Below are positions 60,111 to 64,000 of a stretch of DNA of 64,000 nt, piece after piece. Position 1 is the first letter of the stretch. Each line of letters opens with the position of its first letter. The translations under genes were made by a program, and so were the position numbers. The notes under the pieces were generated by a model. The model had not been told where the DNA came from. It did no database searches and saw nothing but the letters and a program-made list of their open reading frames with translations. Source of the DNA: Candidatus Vogelbacteria bacterium (GTDB lineage: Bacteria; Patescibacteriota; Minisyncoccia; Phycocordibacterales; XYD1-FULL-46-19); assembly GCA_903864935.1 (NCBI GenBank), contig CAIPHT010000005.1, positions 9,867 to 73,866 of the forward strand, in the 5' to 3' direction.

Positions 60111-60461
60111 ATGAAAGCTTTTCTTAAAAACCATCATCAGACTCCACGCAAGACCCGTCTCATCGCGGATCTTATTCGTGGCAAGAAGGTCTCGGTCGCT
60201 TTGGCTGAGCTTGATTTGGTAATTAAGAAGTCAGCGGCTCCAATCAAGAAGCTTATTGAGTCCGCCGTAGCGAATGCTAAATCTAATTTTAAGGCTAACG
60301 AGGAGGATCTCTATGTTAAGAATTTGACCGTCGATAAGGGTAATGTTATCAAGCGTTCTCAGCCGATGTCCCGTGGTCGCGCTTTCCCTATTCGTCACCG
60401 CTTGAGCCACATTCAAGTTGAATTAGAAGCTAAAAGCTCAAACCTTAACCCTAAAAGCTAA
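60111..60461 (+). CDS. rplV: 50S ribosomal protein L22
   Basis: PRKTRLIADLIRG, SAVANA. Confidence 0.97.
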   Translation: MKAFLKNHHQTPRKTRLIADLIRGKKVSVALAELDLVIKKSAAPIKKLIESAVANAKSNFKANEEDLYVKNLTVDKGNVIKRSQPMSRGRAFPIRHRLSHIQVELEAKSSNLNPKS

Positions 60462-60465
60462 TATT

Positions 60466-61131
60466 ATGACACACCGCGTCCATCCATATGCACATAGACT
60501 CACTATCATTCGCGACTGGCAGTCACGTTGGTTTGGTAAGGGTCCTAAGTATGTTGAGTTCCTAAAGGCTGACGTTCTCCTTCGTGAGTATCTCACCAAG
60601 CGTTTGCGCGGTTTTTATGTTGATCGTGTTGATATTGAGCGCGGTGAGAATTTCTATAAAATAATTATCCGTACTTCTCGCCCTGGTATGATCATTGGCC
60701 GTGGGGGAGATGGTATTACTAAACTTAAGACTGAGATTATCTCCCAATTGTTAAAGACGGGGACCACTTTGCCTAAGGATGTTCAGGTTGATATCCAGGA
60801 GGTTAAAGAACCGGAGGCCAGCGCCGCTATTGTTGCTTATATGATTGCTGAGGGCTTAGAGAAGCGTTTGCCTTTCCGTCGTGTTTTGAAGCAGACGGTT
60901 GAGAAGGTTTTGAATAGCAAATCCGTGAAGGGAGTTAAGGTTACCTTGTCTGGCCGCCTTGGTGGTGCTGATATGGGTCGTACTGAGACCTTGCGCAAGG
61001 GTCAAGTACCGCTTCAGACTTTGCGCGCTGATATCGATTTTGCTCGTGAGAAGGCCTATATGTATTACGGCGTGACCGGTATTAAGGTCTGGATTTATCG
61101 AGGCGAGATTTTTAATACTGAGAATAAATAA
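60466..61131 (+). CDS. rpsC: 30S ribosomal protein S3
   Basis: RPGMIIGRGG, GRLGGADM, PLQTLRADID. Confidence 0.98.
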   Translation: MTHRVHPYAHRLTIIRDWQSRWFGKGPKYVEFLKADVLLREYLTKRLRGFYVDRVDIERGENFYKIIIRTSRPGMIIGRGGDGITKLKTEIISQLLKTGTTLPKDVQVDIQEVKEPEASAAIVAYMIAEGLEKRLPFRRVLKQTVEKVLNSKSVKGVKVTLSGRLGGADMGRTETLRKGQVPLQTLRADIDFAREKAYMYYGVTGIKVWIYRGEIFNTENK

Positions 61132-61137
61132 ACTACC

Positions 61138-61554
61138 ATGTTATTACCAAAAAAAGTAAAATTCAGAAAGTGGCAGACGATGCGGACTAATCCTAATAAG
61201 ATTAAGACGGAGACTCGCGGGACTAAATTATCTTTTGGTAATTTTGGTTTGAAGGCTGAGACCCCCGGCCGTATTCGTTCTAACCAAATTGAGGCTGCCC
61301 GTAAGACGATTGCTCGCCAAATGCATAAGACCGGCAAACTCTGGATTCGTATTTTCCCCGATATGCCTTTTACTGCTAAAGCGGCTGAGGTGGGTATGGG
61401 TAAAGGTAAGGGAGATCCACAGGGTTACCAGATTCAAGTTTGGCCTGGCCGTTTGATCTTCGAAGTTGATGGTTTGACCGATGAGATTGCCAAGGAGGCT
61501 CTTCGCAAGGCCGGTGCTAAATTGCCTATTAAAACCAAAATAGTCAGTCGATAG
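61138..61554 (+). CDS. rplP: 50S ribosomal protein L16
   Basis: QIEAARK, WIRIFPD, MGKGKG. Confidence 0.98.
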   Translation: MLLPKKVKFRKWQTMRTNPNKIKTETRGTKLSFGNFGLKAETPGRIRSNQIEAARKTIARQMHKTGKLWIRIFPDMPFTAKAAEVGMGKGKGDPQGYQIQVWPGRLIFEVDGLTDEIAKEALRKAGAKLPIKTKIVSR

Positions 61555-61570
61555 GGGAATAAATAAAAAC

Positions 61571-61750
61571 ATGAAGAAAACAGATTTTAAAAAAGAGACA
61601 GAGGCCGCGTTGAAGAAAACCCTTATTGAGAAGCGTGATTCTTTGGCTAAATTCAAGTTCGGCATGACTGGATCCCGCACCAAGAATGTCAAAGAAGGGC
61701 GCAATACTCGTCGAGATATTGCCAGAATCTTAACCGCCCTAAAAAAATAA
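61571..61750 (+). CDS. rpmC: 50S ribosomal protein L29
   Basis: Manual translation MKKTDFKKETEAALKK...RRDIARILTALKK (59 aa); sits between rplP and rpsQ. Confidence 0.92.
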   Translation: MKKTDFKKETEAALKKTLIEKRDSLAKFKFGMTGSRTKNVKEGRNTRRDIARILTALKK

Positions 61751-61751
61751 T

Positions 61752-61997
61752 ATGAAAACAGAAATAGCAAACAAAAAAATATTAAAGGGAAAGGTTGTCT
61801 CGGACAAGATGGACAAGACTGTTGTTGTTGAGATTAAGCGCTTCGTTAAGCATCCTAAGTACGGCAAGTTCTTCAACCTCTCTAAGCGTCACAAGGCTCA
61901 TGATCCAGAGAATAAGGCCAAGATTGGAGATGAGGTTGAGATCCGTGAGTGTCGCCCAATGTCTAAAGACAAGCATTTCGAAGTAATTTATAAATAA
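61752..61997 (+). CDS. rpsQ: 30S ribosomal protein S17
   Basis: GKVVSDKMDKTVVV, HPKYGK, ECRPMSK. Confidence 0.98.
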   Translation: MKTEIANKKILKGKVVSDKMDKTVVVEIKRFVKHPKYGKFFNLSKRHKAHDPENKAKIGDEVEIRECRPMSKDKHFEVIYK

Positions 61998-62003
61998 ACT
62001 ACC

Positions 62004-62375
62004 ATGATTCAGCCACAATCCATTGTAAAAATTGCCGATAACACGGGCGCCAAGATTGGACGCGTCTTCAAGGTGCTTGGCAGTTCGAAGAAGCGCTATG
62101 CTCGGATTGGTGAGCTGGTTATTCTTTCCGTGCAATCTGCTGAACCTCGTAAGGCGGTTAAGAAAAAGGAAGTTCTTCGTGCTCTTGTTGTTCGTCAGAA
62201 GTCTCCCTTCCGTCGTGCCGATGGTACCTATCTCCGTTTTGACGAGAATGCCGTTGTGATTTTAGACAAGACCAAGCCTGAGCCACGTGGTGGCCGTATA
62301 TTTGGACCTATTCCTCGCGAGATTGGCGAATTGGGTTATCAGAAAATTGTGTCATTAGCGCCAGAAGTGGTATAA
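62004..62375 (+). CDS. rplN: 50S ribosomal protein L14
   Basis: ADNTGAK, RFDENA, RIFGP, SLAPEV. Confidence 0.98.
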   Translation: MIQPQSIVKIADNTGAKIGRVFKVLGSSKKRYARIGELVILSVQSAEPRKAVKKKEVLRALVVRQKSPFRRADGTYLRFDENAVVILDKTKPEPRGGRIFGPIPREIGELGYQKIVSLAPEVV

Positions 62376-62387
62376 AAAAATACGAGT

Positions 62388-62693
62388 ATGAAAATCAAAA
62401 AGAATGACAATGTAATAATCATCACCGGTAAGGACCGCGGTAAGCAGGGCAAAGTTTTGCGCGTGTTGGCGGAGGATGAGAAGGTCTTAGTGGAGGGGAT
62501 GAATCTTCGCAAGAAGCACCAGAAGCCTCGCAAAGAAGGGGAGAAGGGTCAGATGATTGATATGCCACATCCTGTTCATATATCTAATGTTGCCCTTTAT
62601 TGCTCAAGTTGTGGCAAGGGTGTTCGTATGGGCGCTAAGGTTAACGGCAAGAAGAAGATTCGCGTTTGTAAGAAATGCGGTAAAGAAATTTAA
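62388..62693 (+). CDS. rplX: 50S ribosomal protein L24
   Basis: GKDRGKQGKV, HISNV. Confidence 0.98.
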   Translation: MKIKKNDNVIIITGKDRGKQGKVLRVLAEDEKVLVEGMNLRKKHQKPRKEGEKGQMIDMPHPVHISNVALYCSSCGKGVRMGAKVNGKKKIRVCKKCGKEI

Positions 62694-62695
62694 AT

Positions 62696-63244
62696 ATGAA
62701 AAAATTAAAGGAAAAAATTGAATCAATTACACCTGAGCTTAAAAAAGAGCTTGGTGTTAAGAATAAAATGGCTACCCCTCACTTGGTGAAGGTGGTTGTT
62801 AACTCTGGCACCGGTAAGGCTAAGGACAAGAAGCGCAATGAACTCGTCGAGAATCGTCTCGCCAAGATCACTGGTCAGAAGGCTTCACCTCGTGGTGCCA
62901 AGCAATCTGTGGCCTCCTTCAAAGTTCGTCAGGGTGATATCATTGGTTTTGCGACCACTCTCCGTGGTCAGCGCATGTATGACTTCCTTGATCTCCTCTT
63001 CAATGTCACTATCCCTCGTATCCGTGACTTCAAGGGTTATGATGAGAAAATTGTTGATGAAGTTGGGAACTTAACCTTGGGGGTCAAAGAGCACACCGTC
63101 TTCCCTCAGACCGCTGATGAAGAACTTAAGGATGTCTTCGGTCTCGCTATCACTATTGTTACTTCTGCCAAGGATAAGGAATCGGCTCTCGCTTTCTTTA
63201 AAGCTATCGGCTTTCCTTTTAAGAAAAAAGTGGCTGCTAAATAA
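62696..63244 (+). CDS. rplE: 50S ribosomal protein L5
   Basis: ITGQK, FKVRQG, PRIRDFKG. Confidence 0.97.
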   Translation: MKKLKEKIESITPELKKELGVKNKMATPHLVKVVVNSGTGKAKDKKRNELVENRLAKITGQKASPRGAKQSVASFKVRQGDIIGFATTLRGQRMYDFLDLLFNVTIPRIRDFKGYDEKIVDEVGNLTLGVKEHTVFPQTADEELKDVFGLAITIVTSAKDKESALAFFKAIGFPFKKKVAAK

Positions 63245-63347
63245 ATATCGCTCAGGTTGTTGTTTATAAAACCTCGAAAAATCCCCCTAGCCGGGGCTTT
63301 TTTGTGCTATAGTAAATTAAGCAAATTAATAGTCTAATTATAAAATA

Positions 63348-64000
63348 ATGAAAAAATATTATGTTCTCGTTGCGATAATTATTGTTCTAGTCATTGCTGT
63401 TGTTTATTTCGCTTTTTTTAAAAAGGTGGGGCCTATTGAGCAGCCTGTGGTGACCTCGACTCCGGCACCTGTTCAAGAAAACCCAATTGTTAACGCTCCA
63501 ATTAAAACAACATTGCAAAAAGAAGGGTGGAGGACTTATGAAAATTCAAAATATGGTTTTTCTATTCAATATCCTTGCGATGAGAAGTGTCAGGCTGATT
63601 TACCAGTCCCATCTAAAAGTGATTATTTCTGGGAGACAAATTGGTTACCTACGGGAACAAGAGCTAGTGTTATTGTGAGCTCTTTTACTGATGAAAGCGT
63701 TAAAGCTTGGAATGACTCACTTAAAAACTCTGGCGAAGAAGCAGCTATCCCTTTTCAGTTTAGTTTGTCTTCTTTTAGAGAAGCTTTAAATTTACCTTTA
63801 AATTCGAAGTGTAAAATAGCCAGTTATTTTGGGGGTGATGTTTCCTTTGGCTGTAGCATTGTTTCGTTGGGAGGGAAGAAGGCTGTCAAATTCGATAACG
63901 GGGTCATTCATTCTTTTGATGGGGATCCTCATCAATACTATTATGTTAATCTTGGGGGAAATAATTGGCTAACTATTAATGAAGCTTACAATCTGATAGA
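63348..64000 (+). CDS. membrane-anchored exported protein (PsbP-like motif), runs off the right edge
   Basis: Manual translation MKKYYVLVAIIIVLV...GWRTYENSKYGFSIQYP. Confidence 0.65.
   Translation, partial: MKKYYVLVAIIIVLVIAVVYFAFFKKVGPIEQPVVTSTPAPVQENPIVNAPIKTTLQKEGWRTYENSKYGFSIQYPCDEKCQADLPVPSKSDYFWETNWLPTGTRASVIVSSFTDESVKAWNDSLKNSGEEAAIPFQFSLSSFREALNLPLNSKCKIASYFGGDVSFGCSIVSLGGKKAVKFDNGVIHSFDGDPHQYYYVNLGGNNWLTINEAYNLI

Noticed and set aside
49133-62533. Numerous antisense and alternate-frame ORFs over ribosomal, fusA and tuf genes (also over hppA, rny and the pil genes)
   Set aside because: They are shadows of well-identified genes with no independent motifs or start signals.
63487-63678. 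63-aa ORF from the track
   Set aside because: It lies out of frame inside the longer ORF starting at 63348 that runs off the window.

Overview
Bacterial chromosomal segment (standard code; TGA used as stop) whose gene content and style suggest a Patescibacteria/CPR (Parcubacteria-like) genome. This is an inference from the multiple TrmB regulators, PaaX/Cas2-like gene, type IV pilus cluster, split ComEC, H+-PPase and core genes without Shine-Dalgarno sites. Core genes are a DEAD-box helicase, alr, HU, hppA, rny, clpP, tig, nusA, pilB/pilC with minor pilins, tpiA, pgk, HIT, recJ, RNase HI, comEC, rpmB and the str/S10/spc cluster (rpsL to rplE), which is broken three times by inserts. The most unusual signals are non-coding: (1) a complete tRNA-Pro(CGG) nested in the anticodon loop of a second tRNA-Pro-like gene; (2) a conserved structured scaffold downstream of two different tRNAs whose variable segments are complementary to the adjacent tRNA; (3) palindromic elements with a conserved loop and covarying stems, inserted in frame in alkD-like, comEC and tig genes and also between genes; (4) a PaaX/Cas2-like gene between two 36-bp palindromes; (5) ORF-less promoter-RNA-terminator units in tandem; (6) an attenuator-like leader with an aromatic-rich peptide. 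All calls were made by eye from the sequence, with no database searches.
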